A stretch of 62,863 nt of DNA from Clostridiales bacterium (GCA_012728565.1 JAAYEV010000021.1:1-62863), one strand, 5' to 3'; shown: positions 35,434-44,861, counted from the first letter of the stretch. The notes: generated by a model not told the origin, from the letters alone. A program made the numbers and translations.

Positions 35434-37137
35434 ATGTTGCTGGAACTTAACATATCCAATTTTGCACTCATTGATAGTGTATGCCTAATGTTGGAAAGCG
35501 GGCTGAATGTTCTGACCGGCGAGACTGGAGCCGGGAAGTCCATAATGATAGACGCGGTAAACATGGTACTGGGGGAAAGGGCGGATACCGACATTATAAG
35601 GACAGGGGCCGACAAGGCTGTGGTTGAAGCCCTTTTTAAATGTGACGACATTGAGGGGATTGAAGAAGTCCTGCAAGGACTGGGCATAGACCTGGACCGG
35701 GACAAGACATTGGTGCTTGGGAGGGAAATAAGGAGCGGGAGGAGCGTAAGCAGGATAAACGGAAGGCCGGTGCCGCTGTCCAGCATAAGGGAGATTAGCC
35801 GGCATATCATTGACATCCACGGGCAGCACCAGCACCAGTCGCTGCTGGATGTACAAAACCATATAGATATACTGGACCATTTCGGCGGGTGCGGGGTACT
35901 GGAACAAAGAAAAAGGGTGGCATCGCTGTACCAAAGGCTTCTAGAACAAAAGAAAGCCTTGGAAGAGGTACTGCTGAGCGAAATGGAAAGGGAGAGAAAT
36001 ATTGACCTTTATTCGTACCAGGTGCAGGAGATAGAAGCCGCAAGGCTTAGAGAAGGGGAAGAGGAGGAACTGCTGCGGCAGAGAGAGGTATTGGCCAACG
36101 CGGAAAAGATATTCCAGTCGCTGGCACAATCCTATGAACTGCTGTATGGGGGCGATCATGGTACAGGCTTAAGCATAATAGACGGTTTGGGCCAGGTGGA
36201 CCAGCTTCTTGTTCCCTTCAAAGATATGGATGAAAGGATAGGCGGTTTTTATAGTGACATAGAATCCTGCCATGTATCCCTTAAGGAAATTACAAGGGAT
36301 ATTAGGAATATGATCGACGGTTTCGAGTTTGACCCCGGCATGCTAAATGCTACTGAGGAAAGACTTGACCTCATAAACAAGCTTAAGCGCAAATACGGCA
36401 AAACGATAGAAGAGGTCCTGGAATACTGTCGGCGCAAGTGTGACGAGCTGGAAAAGCTTAAAAACAGCCGGGTGGAGCAGGAACACCTGGAAAAAGAAAT
36501 CGCCGAAACGGAAAAGGAAATGGAAAAGGAATGCGCCTTGCTAACCGAGATGAGAAAAGAAACGGCAAATCTTCTTGCCAATAAAATCACCGGGGAAATT
36601 AAAAAACTTGGCATGAAAAACGGGGTATTTGATATATCGATAGAGAGGGCGGCGGGTTTCACAAAAAAGGGTGCTGATATGGTGGAGTTTTTGTTCAGCG
36701 CAAACCTCGGGGAGCCGCTAAAGCCTTTAAGCAAAATAGCTTCCGGCGGTGAAATGTCGAGAATTATGCTTGCCATAAAAACCTGCCTTGCCGATACCGA
36801 CAGTATTCCAACGCTGATATTCGACGAGATTGATGCCGGAATTAGCGGAAGAACCGCCCAGGTGGTGGCACAGCAGCTGGCCAGTGTATCCAAGCAGCAC
36901 CAGGTGGTTTGTGTTACCCATCTTCCGCAGATAGCGGCAATGGCGGACAACCATTACCTTATTAGCAAGGAAGAAAGGGACGGTCATACATATACAAGGC
37001 TGGAACTGTTAAACAGGGACCAAAGGGTCAGGGAACTGGCGAGGCTTCTTGGGGGTGCGAAGGTTACAGACCTTACCATAAGACACTCGGAAGAAATGCT
37101 CAAAATGGCAGAAAATTTTAAAAAAAGTGCGGTTTAG
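35434..37137 (+). CDS. recN: DNA repair protein RecN
   Basis: LTGETGAGKSI Walker A, a long coiled coil, ASGGEMSRIMLA signature, and LIFDEIDAGISG Walker B. Confidence 0.95.
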   Translation: MLLELNISNFALIDSVCLMLESGLNVLTGETGAGKSIMIDAVNMVLGERADTDIIRTGADKAVVEALFKCDDIEGIEEVLQGLGIDLDRDKTLVLGREIRSGRSVSRINGRPVPLSSIREISRHIIDIHGQHQHQSLLDVQNHIDILDHFGGCGVLEQRKRVASLYQRLLEQKKALEEVLLSEMERERNIDLYSYQVQEIEAARLREGEEEELLRQREVLANAEKIFQSLAQSYELLYGGDHGTGLSIIDGLGQVDQLLVPFKDMDERIGGFYSDIESCHVSLKEITRDIRNMIDGFEFDPGMLNATEERLDLINKLKRKYGKTIEEVLEYCRRKCDELEKLKNSRVEQEHLEKEIAETEKEMEKECALLTEMRKETANLLANKITGEIKKLGMKNGVFDISIERAAGFTKKGADMVEFLFSANLGEPLKPLSKIASGGEMSRIMLAIKTCLADTDSIPTLIFDEIDAGISGRTAQVVAQQLASVSKQHQVVCVTHLPQIAAMADNHYLISKEERDGHTYTRLELLNRDQRVRELARLLGGAKVTDLTIRHSEEMLKMAENFKKSAV

Positions 37138-37203
37138 GACATTTATTTGAAAATTACTGCTCAAAACACAATATTTTTATAGCATAATTAGTTTTTCAAA
37201 GGG

Positions 37204-37240
37204 TTAACTTAACTATGTATAGTTAAGTTAAATTTTTTTT
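37204..37240 (+). terminator. strong intrinsic terminator after recN
   Basis: 13-bp perfect arms TTAACTTAACTAT / ATAGTTAAGTTAA followed by T8. Confidence 0.85.
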
Positions 37241-37287
37241 GGAGGTGGGTCGGGAAAGGTTCTTGGGCTTGGGGAGCGTGATACAGC

Positions 37288-38616
37288 TTGCGGAAAGGAC
37301 AGAAAGCTGCAATTATGGCTGTTGTAGTAGTAATGGCCATATTATCTGCAGTCCTTTTGTCGGATATTTACAGAATCGTTTCAATGCCCGGGGAATACCT
37401 GGTGGTGGAAGGAGAAGAAAGGACCCTTGACCTAATACTTCCCATCGGCATATTTGCAACAAGCGAGAGCGAAGGTATATTAAAGCTTAACGGCATGGAA
37501 GTGACCACCGGGGGCACAAGCTTAAGCAGCTGGAATCCACTTATTATACAGACCAGCGCCACCGGGGGCGGTACAATTGAGTTTAGACTATTCGGGCTTA
37601 TACCGATAAAGAAACTGACTGTGTCGGTGATATCCCCGGCGAGAGTTATACCGGGAGGGCATTCAATAGGAGTAAAGCTTTACACCCAGGGGGTACTGGT
37701 GGTGGCACTGGCGGACTTTACGGGCATAGACGGAAAAAGTCATAACCCGGCGTCCCAGGCCGGGATTGCGGTCGGGGATTCGATAATAAGCATAAATAAT
37801 ATAAAGGTCCGTGATGCCGATCATGTAATACAGCTGCTGGGCGGGAACAAGGGTGAAGAAATATCCATTGAGATTAAACGGGGAAAACAGAGCCTGGTGA
37901 AAACCGTAAAACCGGTTAAAAGCCAAGAGGATGGCAAATACAGGATAGGGGCATGGGTCCGGGACAAGACGGCTGGAGTGGGTACCCTTAGCTTTTATAA
38001 CCCGGAGACCGGTGCCTTTGGCGCCCTTGGACATGCCATAACCGATGTAGATACGGGACTTATGCTGTCAGTGGAGGAAGGGGAAATACTGGAATCAAGG
38101 ATAGCTTCGATAAAAAAAGGAGAAAGGAGCAAGCCCGGTGAAATAAGGGGAATTTTTTTTGAAGAGCAGAATAAACTGGGCTATATACAAAAGAATACGG
38201 AATTCGGAATATTCGGGATACTAAGCAAGGCTATGGGAAACGAGTATTTTCCTGAGCCTATACCGGTAGCGCTGCGGCACCAGGTAAAGGAAGGGCCGGC
38301 GTTTATCCTGACAACAGTGGATGAAAAAATCGGGAAGTTCGCCATAGAAATTCAAAAAGTAGCGAAACAGTACCATCCGGAACCCAAGAGCATGGTAGTG
38401 AAAGTTGCGGACGAAAGGCTGCTTGAAGCCACCGGCGGAATTGTACAGGGGATGAGCGGCAGCCCCATAATACAGGACGGAAGGCTTGTGGGAATTGTGA
38501 CCCACGTGTTTGTAAACGACCCAACCCGTGGATACGCTATATTTGCCGAATGGATGGTCCAGCATGCTGAGATAAATACAGGAAACGGCGCAGCGAAAGT
38601 TGATAAAACTGAGTAA
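37288..38616 (+). CDS. spoIVB: SpoIVB peptidase (S55)
   Basis: N-terminal TM, PDZ region (GIAVGDSIISINN), and catalytic blocks GTLSFYNPETGAFGALGH and GGIVQGMSGSPIIQDGRLVG. The start (TTG 37288 or ATG 37315) is uncertain. Confidence 0.9.
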   Translation: MRKGQKAAIMAVVVVMAILSAVLLSDIYRIVSMPGEYLVVEGEERTLDLILPIGIFATSESEGILKLNGMEVTTGGTSLSSWNPLIIQTSATGGGTIEFRLFGLIPIKKLTVSVISPARVIPGGHSIGVKLYTQGVLVVALADFTGIDGKSHNPASQAGIAVGDSIISINNIKVRDADHVIQLLGGNKGEEISIEIKRGKQSLVKTVKPVKSQEDGKYRIGAWVRDKTAGVGTLSFYNPETGAFGALGHAITDVDTGLMLSVEEGEILESRIASIKKGERSKPGEIRGIFFEEQNKLGYIQKNTEFGIFGILSKAMGNEYFPEPIPVALRHQVKEGPAFILTTVDEKIGKFAIEIQKVAKQYHPEPKSMVVKVADERLLEATGGIVQGMSGSPIIQDGRLVGIVTHVFVNDPTRGYAIFAEWMVQHAEINTGNGAAKVDKTE

Positions 38617-38643
38617 CTCCCGAAAGGAGTTGCTCAGTTTTTC
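38609..38643 (+). terminator. intrinsic terminator after spoIVB
   Basis: CTGAGTAACTCC-cgaaa-GGAGTTGCTCAG followed by TTTTT. The stop codon lies inside the stem. Confidence 0.85.
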
Positions 38644-38710
38644 ATATATTGGGATATGCTAATGCAAAATGGAGAAAGAATATCCATAATATATTAAATT
38701 TGGAATTATA

Positions 38711-38737
38711 GAAGGATTTAATTTCCCTTTGTCGAAT
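38711..38737 (+). promoter_or_regulatory. sigma-H type promoter with overlapping Spo0A (0A) box upstream of spo0A
   Basis: GAAGGATTT (38711-38719), an 11-nt spacer, then GTCGAAT (38731-37) fits RNAGGAWWW-N11/12-RNNGAAT. TGTCGAA (38730-38736) is the 0A-box core. Confidence 0.5.
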
Positions 38738-38782
38738 AAATAATTGTCAACTCAATATATATAAAGAAGAGGGGGGCTCCTT

Positions 38783-39577
38783 TTGAATGAGAAAAAGATA
38801 AGAATAATGATTGCTGACGACAACAAGGAATTTTGCGAAATAGTAGGCGAATACTTGTCCAGGGAGAAGGATATCCAACTGGTAGGTACCGCAAACGACG
38901 GGTTTGAGGCGCTTGAGCTTATTAAGCAGTACAAACCCGATATCCTGGTGCTGGATATTATAATGCCGCACCTGGATGGATTGGGAGTTTTGGAAAAGCT
39001 AAATACCATGGAATTAGAACCTATGCCCAATATTATAGTATTGTCCGCCGTAGGCCAGGATAAAATCACCCAAAGGGCGCTGCTTTTGGGAGCGGATTAC
39101 TATATCGTGAAACCCTTTGACATGCAAATTTTCATAAAGAGAATAAGGCAGATGATGGACAACAACGTGGTGCCCATGGAAAAGAAAAGAAAGGGCCAGC
39201 CGGAAACCTACTTCACCGAGGGACAGAGCCTGGATGTGGAAATAACCAATATAATACACGAGATTGGGGTGCCCGCCCATATTAAAGGTTATTTGTACCT
39301 TAGGGAGGCAATAAAGACCGTTGTCAACGATATTGAGATGCTGAGCGCGGTGACAAAGGAGCTTTATCCCTCCATAGCCAAGAGGTATAACACAACATCC
39401 AGCAGGGTGGAGAGGGCCATAAGACATGCCATAGAGGTGGCCTGGAGCAGGGGCAAGGTTGATACCATAAACAGCCTGTTCGGTTACACAATACATAACG
39501 ACAAGGGTAAGCCCACCAACTCGGAGTTCATAGCAATGGTGGCCGACAAGATAAGGCTGAAGCAGAGGATAAGCTGA
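38783..39577 (+). CDS. spo0A: sporulation master regulator Spo0A
   Basis: Receiver domain (IMIADDN...[14 protein letters not shown]) and the diagnostic C-terminal blocks [58 protein letters not shown]. Confidence 0.97.
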   Translation: MNEKKIRIMIADDNKEFCEIVGEYLSREKDIQLVGTANDGFEALELIKQYKPDILVLDIIMPHLDGLGVLEKLNTMELEPMPNIIVLSAVGQDKITQRALLLGADYYIVKPFDMQIFIKRIRQMMDNNVVPMEKKRKGQPETYFTEGQSLDVEITNIIHEIGVPAHIKGYLYLREAIKTVVNDIEMLSAVTKELYPSIAKRYNTTSSRVERAIRHAIEVAWSRGKVDTINSLFGYTIHNDKGKPTNSEFIAMVADKIRLKQRIS

Positions 39578-39584
39578 AAGGTTA

Positions 39585-39624
39585 AACACCCCGTTCCTTT
39601 AAACAAATAACGGAACGGGGTGTT
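39585..39624 (+). terminator. spo0A terminator hairpin lacking its U-tract
   Basis: AACACCCCGTTCC-14 nt-GGAACGGGGTGTT, followed by CTTAATTG rather than a T-run. Confidence 0.65.
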
Positions 39625-39707
39625 CTTAATTGATTGCCTGCTGAAATACTGCTATAATTTCAATAGGTTAAGAAGAAGAATACAAGGATGAAAGCAGGTA
39701 ATATATT

Positions 39708-40685
39708 ATGCATAATATTGGCGTGACCGTTAATATACATGGAAACAGTTCTACTCGATCCCATGAAACTAAGTTAACTGCAAAACCTTTTATAAAATGG
39801 GCAGGAGGAAAGACCCAGTTATTGGAGGAATTAGAAGCAAGGCTTCCTAAGGCTATTGCAGATAAGAAGACTATTGAAAGTTATATTGAACCCTTTGTAG
39901 GAGGTGGAGCATTATTCTTTTTCTTAAAAAGAGAGTATACGGTAAAAAAAGCATACCTGTGCGATATCAATAGAGAAGTTATCATCGGATACAAAGTAAT
40001 ACAAAACAATCCAAAAGAATTGATCAACCAACTCGAAGTGCTTCAAGATGAGTACATAAATAGGAACAAGGATGAAAGAAAAGACTATTTCTATATGATA
40101 AGGGATAAATATAACAGCCAAGTACAAAGATTTAACTTTGACGAATACAATGAGGACTGGATTAAAAGAGCCTCTTATTTGATATTTTTGAATAAAACAT
40201 GCTTCAACGGATTGTTTAGACAAAACAAGAACGGAAAGTTCAATGTTCCACACGGTAGGTACAAGAAACCAAATATCTGTGACAGGGATAATATAATGGA
40301 AGTAAATAAAGCTCTGAAAAACACAGAAGTCTTTTACGGTGATTTTACGGAAACCAAAGATTTTATCCAAGAAAACAGCCTTGTTTATTTTGACCCTCCA
40401 TATCGTCCAATAAACGCAACATCTAGTTTTACGGGCTATTCTAAGGAAGGATTTGATGATAATGACCAAAAAAGGTTGGCTGCTTTTTTTAAAAGTATGA
40501 ACGCAAAAGGAGCTTATTTAATTCTTAGTAATTCTGACCCTAGAAATCATAACCAATTTGATGATTATTTTGACAAGTTATATGAAGGCTTTAACATAGA
40601 AAGAATCAAGGCCAATAGGCACATAAACTGTTACGGTAATAAAAGAGGCCAGATAAACGAGTTGATTATTAGGAACTATTGGTAA
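39708..40685 (+). CDS. Dam-family (D12 class, DpnM-like) N6-adenine DNA methyltransferase, GATC-type
   Basis: KPFIKWAGGKTQLL, EPFVGGGALFF, FNGLFRQNKNGKFNVPHGRYK, YFDPPYRP, closely parallel to DpnM. Confidence 0.92.
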   Translation: MHNIGVTVNIHGNSSTRSHETKLTAKPFIKWAGGKTQLLEELEARLPKAIADKKTIESYIEPFVGGGALFFFLKREYTVKKAYLCDINREVIIGYKVIQNNPKELINQLEVLQDEYINRNKDERKDYFYMIRDKYNSQVQRFNFDEYNEDWIKRASYLIFLNKTCFNGLFRQNKNGKFNVPHGRYKKPNICDRDNIMEVNKALKNTEVFYGDFTETKDFIQENSLVYFDPPYRPINATSSFTGYSKEGFDDNDQKRLAAFFKSMNAKGAYLILSNSDPRNHNQFDDYFDKLYEGFNIERIKANRHINCYGNKRGQINELIIRNYW

Positions 40686-40699
40686 GGAGGCCTATATAT

Positions 40700-41626
40700 A
40701 TGGCATCGTTTTATGGTAAACGTTTGGGTACTGACAGCCTTGAGGACACTATAGAGAGGTTCCACGAAACAATTATTGACACCAACAGAAGTTACAATTT
40801 TTTTGTAAACTGGGAGAAAGTTGAGCAACATGTTGATAAGTACAAAATCGAAATAAGCATTCTTGACTCCCTAATAGGCAGTCGCAATTTCAATAAAGAC
40901 CTGGAAAACATTTTAAAAAAATACCCTGAAGTATTACCTGTGATACCAATCTTAATAGCGGTCAGAGATGCACGATTAAAAGTCATACGCGACTTTTCAG
41001 ATGCCGATACAGATATAATGGAATACAATTTTACCGAAAGAAAGTTATCAGAACTGGAAATCAGGGTTTTGATCGAATTTTTTGAAAAGACTGGATTGAA
41101 AAACTTTTTTGAGAACCTTTCAACAAAGAGTATTAGAGATTATGTCACCGGTGTCGAAGTAGGAATGGACACCCATGCCAGAAAAAACAGAAGCGGGGAT
41201 TCAATGGAATTGGTTATCAAACCTTTTATCGAAAAGATAAATCTAAAGCATGACAATAGATATATCATATTGTTCCAAAAAAATTTTAACTATCTACAGA
41301 AAAATTTTGGTATTAAGGTTTCTGCATCAATAAGGAACAGAAAGGCTGATTTTATACTAATAAACGCAGATAAAGACAGAGTCGTAAACATAGAAGTCAA
41401 CTTTTATTCCGGTACTGGGTCGAAGCCTCAGGAAATTGTAGATTCATATATAAATCGCCAGGAGGAACTCAAAGAAAACGGCTTTGAATTCATCTGGATC
41501 ACAGACGGTTACGGCTGGAAAGGACAGAAAAACCAGATTGAAAAGGGATTTAGGAAAGTTAATTATCTACTGAATTTACATTTTGTTAGAAAGGGTTTGT
41601 TGGAGGATATCCTATGGATAAACTAA
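40700..41626 (+). CDS. DpnII/MboI-family type II restriction endonuclease (GATC)
   Basis: DYVTGVEVGMDTHARKNRSGD, IEVNFYSGTGSK and WITDGYGW mirror R.DpnII blocks. ATG 40700 follows AGGAGG. Confidence 0.9.
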   Translation: MASFYGKRLGTDSLEDTIERFHETIIDTNRSYNFFVNWEKVEQHVDKYKIEISILDSLIGSRNFNKDLENILKKYPEVLPVIPILIAVRDARLKVIRDFSDADTDIMEYNFTERKLSELEIRVLIEFFEKTGLKNFFENLSTKSIRDYVTGVEVGMDTHARKNRSGDSMELVIKPFIEKINLKHDNRYIILFQKNFNYLQKNFGIKVSASIRNRKADFILINADKDRVVNIEVNFYSGTGSKPQEIVDSYINRQEELKENGFEFIWITDGYGWKGQKNQIEKGFRKVNYLLNLHFVRKGLLEDILWIN

Positions 41627-42408
41627 TAAATTTCAAAGAGGAAATTACAACTGTTTGGTCTTTCCCAGAGAGGGGTGGCTGGGCGACACATAATGCTAAG
41701 TACAGGGGAAATTTTGCACCCCAAATTGCCAGAAATATCATTCTGAGATATTCTAATGAAGGGGATACAGTACTTGACCCAATGGTTGGCGGAGGTACAA
41801 CATTAATTGAAACTAAACTATTGAATAGAAAAGGAATAGGAGTTGATATTAACCCAGAAGCAATTGCGCTGACAAAGAAAAACCTCGAATTTGAATGCGG
41901 CTGTGAATATGAACAGACGGTTCAAATCGGAGATGTTAGAAATATGAACTTTTTAAGCAGTGGAAGTGTTGATTTGATTGTTACCCATCCTCCCTATTTA
42001 AACATAATCAAATATTCAGAAGGGAGAATAGAAGGTGACCTTTCAAATATTTCAGGGGTTAAAAAATTTTGTTCAGAATTGAACAAGGGTATAGCGGAAT
42101 TCTTCAGGGTATTAAAAGAGAATTCCTACTGTGCCGTTTTAATAGGAGATACTAGAAAAAACAAACACTATGTTCCCCTTGCTTTCTACGTAATGCAGTT
42201 GTTTCTTGAAAATGGATTTGTTTTAAAAGAAGATATTATAAAGATTCAGCATAATTGTACATCTACACCCTACTGGGAGAAAAAAGTTAAAGACTACAAT
42301 TTCTATCTTATAATGCACGAGCATCTTTTTGTATTCAGAAAACCGAGGGACGATGAAGACCTAAGCCGTTATAGATACAGCATGGCGAATGCATTATTGA
42401 TGCCCTAA
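41614..42408 (+). CDS. second DNA methyltransferase (N6A/N4C type, motif I before motif IV)
   Basis: WSFPERGGWATHNAKYRGNFAPQIARNII..S.EGDTVLDPMVGGGTT, then DLIVTHPPY. It overlaps the REase stop by 13 nt. Confidence 0.8.
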   Translation: MDKLINFKEEITTVWSFPERGGWATHNAKYRGNFAPQIARNIILRYSNEGDTVLDPMVGGGTTLIETKLLNRKGIGVDINPEAIALTKKNLEFECGCEYEQTVQIGDVRNMNFLSSGSVDLIVTHPPYLNIIKYSEGRIEGDLSNISGVKKFCSELNKGIAEFFRVLKENSYCAVLIGDTRKNKHYVPLAFYVMQLFLENGFVLKEDIIKIQHNCTSTPYWEKKVKDYNFYLIMHEHLFVFRKPRDDEDLSRYRYSMANALLMP

Positions 42409-42527
42409 GGCGGTTCGCTAATATTACATAAGAAGCAGGACTGAAATTTGGGCTGCAACAGAAACAGCAAAGGCCATCAAGATGAATATAATTATTGTGA
42501 TGATTAAAATTAGGGAAGGGTGTACAC

Positions 42528-43175
42528 ATGGACAGCGGCAGTGTTTTTCTAAACTACTTGATACTCGTATCAATTTTAATTCAAGGCTTTTATTTATTCA
42601 TTATAAAGCGCAGGGATAAAAACTTCTATAGAGATTCCGGGCCGCTAAACATGCTGTCAACAGGCTTGGGGATTATACTCATGATATATAACTATATGCT
42701 CCTTTGGGAATTCGAAATAGGTAACGACAGTGATGCCAAAACCGCTGTTATGTTATTGGGAATACTGGTTACAATAGCTATTCTTTTTATTTTGAAAAAC
42801 CTTTTTTCCGGCAAAAAGTACACCGCTACCAATATTGACAGGGATAAATTAGAGACAATACTGGCTGAGGTGCTGGGGGAATACGAGCTAACTTATAAAA
42901 AAACCAAGGACCATCCCCAGTCCATGGTGACAAAGATAACCCTCGAAGAATACGACAGCTTCATAGAAGTAACGCAAAGAGGCAGCGGGGGCAGGGCCTT
43001 CGTATTGGAATTTAATGGTTTAGACCAGTTATACGACTTTGAAAACATTATTGAAGACTTGAAGGAACGGATTAACGATACTACCAAGGCGAACAGGTTC
43101 CGGGGCATAGGCGATCTGGCAGCAGTCGCCGGCATTCTGGTATTTTTTGCGTGGGTTAGAATAACTAGACCATAG
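42528..43175 (+). CDS. hypothetical membrane protein (3 N-terminal TM, ~90-aa soluble domain, C-terminal TM)
   Basis: 215-aa ORF with an SD (GGGAAGGG) and AT-rich composition like the R-M genes. I recognise no family. Confidence 0.55.
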   Translation: MDSGSVFLNYLILVSILIQGFYLFIIKRRDKNFYRDSGPLNMLSTGLGIILMIYNYMLLWEFEIGNDSDAKTAVMLLGILVTIAILFILKNLFSGKKYTATNIDRDKLETILAEVLGEYELTYKKTKDHPQSMVTKITLEEYDSFIEVTQRGSGGRAFVLEFNGLDQLYDFENIIEDLKERINDTTKANRFRGIGDLAAVAGILVFFAWVRITRP

Positions 43176-43208
43176 CATGATACACAGGCTCAACCGCATC
43201 TTAAAGGG

Positions 43209-43730
43209 GTGTTTTTTTTGAAAGGTGCCTTTGCAGGAATAGCTTCCGCAGCGATTGTTCTAAGCCTGGCAACTGTACTGCTAATAATTATAAACGCGAA
43301 AACAACAGGCAGGCACATGGAGGGAATAAGGATTGGCCTTAAGCAGATGATTGGATTAATCCCAATGTTGCTTTCGGCTTTTGTCCTGGCAGGTATGCTG
43401 GAGGCTGTAATCCCGGAAGGCTTTGTCAACCAGTGGCTGGCAAGGGAGGCGGGTCTTAAGGGGATATTGCTTGGGACAGTTGCAGGAATGCTTTCGGCAG
43501 TGGGACCCTATGCCTTCTTTCCCATAGTTGCATCAATAAGCGCCTCCGGCGCGGGACTGGGCACGGTAGTATCCCTGGTGGTCGGCTGGTGCCTGTTGGG
43601 GTTAAGCCGGCTGCCCTATGAAGCGGGTCTTTTGGGTATGAAATTTTCTCTTGTGCGAATGGCTGTAAGCCTGCCCATTTGCATTATTGCTGGCATGGCT
43701 GCCCATGCTGTGGAGCTTTTGATAATGTGA
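43209..43730 (+). CDS. half-size predicted permease (ArsP/DUF318-like repeat unit)
   Basis: 4-5 TM segments with FVLAGMLEAVIPEGFV..WL and GTVAGMLSAVGPYAFFPI resembling the N-terminal repeat of PF03773-type permeases. The start codon lies in a T-run, so the start is uncertain. Confidence 0.55.
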   Translation: MFFLKGAFAGIASAAIVLSLATVLLIIINAKTTGRHMEGIRIGLKQMIGLIPMLLSAFVLAGMLEAVIPEGFVNQWLAREAGLKGILLGTVAGMLSAVGPYAFFPIVASISASGAGLGTVVSLVVGWCLLGLSRLPYEAGLLGMKFSLVRMAVSLPICIIAGMAAHAVELLIM

Positions 43731-43755
43731 AAATCCTCTGTTGGAATTGCCAATA

Positions 43756-44340
43756 TTACAAAAACAGTGATACGGCGCAGTAGACTAGCAAAAGGGCCAT
43801 TATGGCGTTTACAGTTCTGCGGTTATTTACTAGGAACCTTTGGAACACCGAACCAAGAAGCGCCCAGCAGCAGGTGGATACAAAGGCGGTAAAAGCGAGA
43901 GAGACGGCGAAGCCCACCAGCACCGGCACGGAATTATAATACGGTACAATAAATGTTGAAACAAGTGTAATACCGTAAAGTATCACCTTCGGGTTTACAA
44001 ACTGAAGCAGCAGCCCTGCCAAAAGGGTGTTTGTACGCCTTGTGTCCTCTTCTTCAACTTGTGGATTGCTGCTGTAGGTTTTCCATGCAAGCCACATTAT
44101 ATAGGCAGCCCCGATGGAGGTCATGACCGGTTTTATGGAAGGGATTAAACCGTAAAGGGCTACGCTGAAAAGAGCGCTTAGGGCCATAATCAGGAAAAAG
44201 CCCAGGAATACGCCCACGTTAAACATTATACTCCTTTTAAAACCGTAGCGGCTGGCATTGGACATGGACATTATGTTGTTGGGGCCGGGCGTGAAAGTGG
44301 TAATCAGTACATAGGACACAAAGGCAGCAAAATTAGGCAT
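43756..44340 (-). CDS. LysE/RhtB-family amino-acid exporter
   Basis: FTPGPNNIM N-terminal motif, six TM segments, 194 aa. SD GGAGG. Confidence 0.85.
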   Translation of the reverse strand: MPNFAAFVSYVLITTFTPGPNNIMSMSNASRYGFKRSIMFNVGVFLGFFLIMALSALFSVALYGLIPSIKPVMTSIGAAYIMWLAWKTYSSNPQVEEEDTRRTNTLLAGLLLQFVNPKVILYGITLVSTFIVPYYNSVPVLVGFAVSLAFTAFVSTCCWALLGSVFQRFLVNNRRTVNAIMALLLVYCAVSLFL

Positions 44341-44533
44341 CGGTGTTTACCTCCGGGTTTCGGTATGATATAATGCAAAATTAGGATGTATTGTAATTTC
44401 GTTCGATACTATAATAATACCATTACATTGTCATGTCAACGCGGATGCGGGGAAGCAAAAGGACGGGGTCTTTAGCTTCCCTGATTTATAATACCAAGAC
44501 CTAAGTAAAACGGATAAAAGGGGAACCCGGAAA

Positions 44534-44821
44534 ATGTACTATGTATACATACTTGAATGTGGTGACGGTTCGCTGTATACCGGCTGGACAACCGATCCCC
44601 AAAGGAGGCTTAAGCAGCATAACAGCGGCAAGGGGGCAAAATGCACCCGGGCAAGGCTGCCGGTGGTATTACGCTACTTGGAATCCTACGATTCCAGGGC
44701 GGAGGCCATGCAGAGGGAGTATAGCATTAAAAGGCTGCCCAGGGAAGAAAAAATGAAGCTGATAAAAAAACAGCTTTCCCCGGAAATGATGAAATGTCTC
44801 ATATTCAGGAAAAAAATGTAG
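44534..44821 (+). CDS. GIY-YIG nuclease-domain protein (UPF0213)
   Basis: YYVYILEC.DGSLYTGWTTD...R..QHN.GKGAK.T motif. Confidence 0.88.
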   Translation: MYYVYILECGDGSLYTGWTTDPQRRLKQHNSGKGAKCTRARLPVVLRYLESYDSRAEAMQREYSIKRLPREEKMKLIKKQLSPEMMKCLIFRKKM

Positions 44822-44861
44822 TATAATAGTACCAGTTGTTGGAGACAAAGGAGGGTTTATT

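Larger units (their letters stand above)
39625..43205 (+). mobile_element. AT-rich genomic islet (GATC R-M cassette + unknown membrane protein); no recombinase seen
   Basis: Abrupt drop in G+C: 13/40 at 39961-40000 versus 23/40 at 38401-38440. GGGGTGTT occurs at both edges (39617-24 and 43206-13). The right copy is followed by the T-run missing from the spo0A terminator. Confidence 0.5.

Noticed and set aside
43206-43219. GTG start of the half-size permease lying inside the T-run
   Set aside because: I considered that the permease might be a 5'-truncated remnant created by the islet insertion. The visible sequence matches an N-terminal repeat unit with its own first TM helix, so truncation is not demonstrable. 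It is left as an uncertainty in the feature call.
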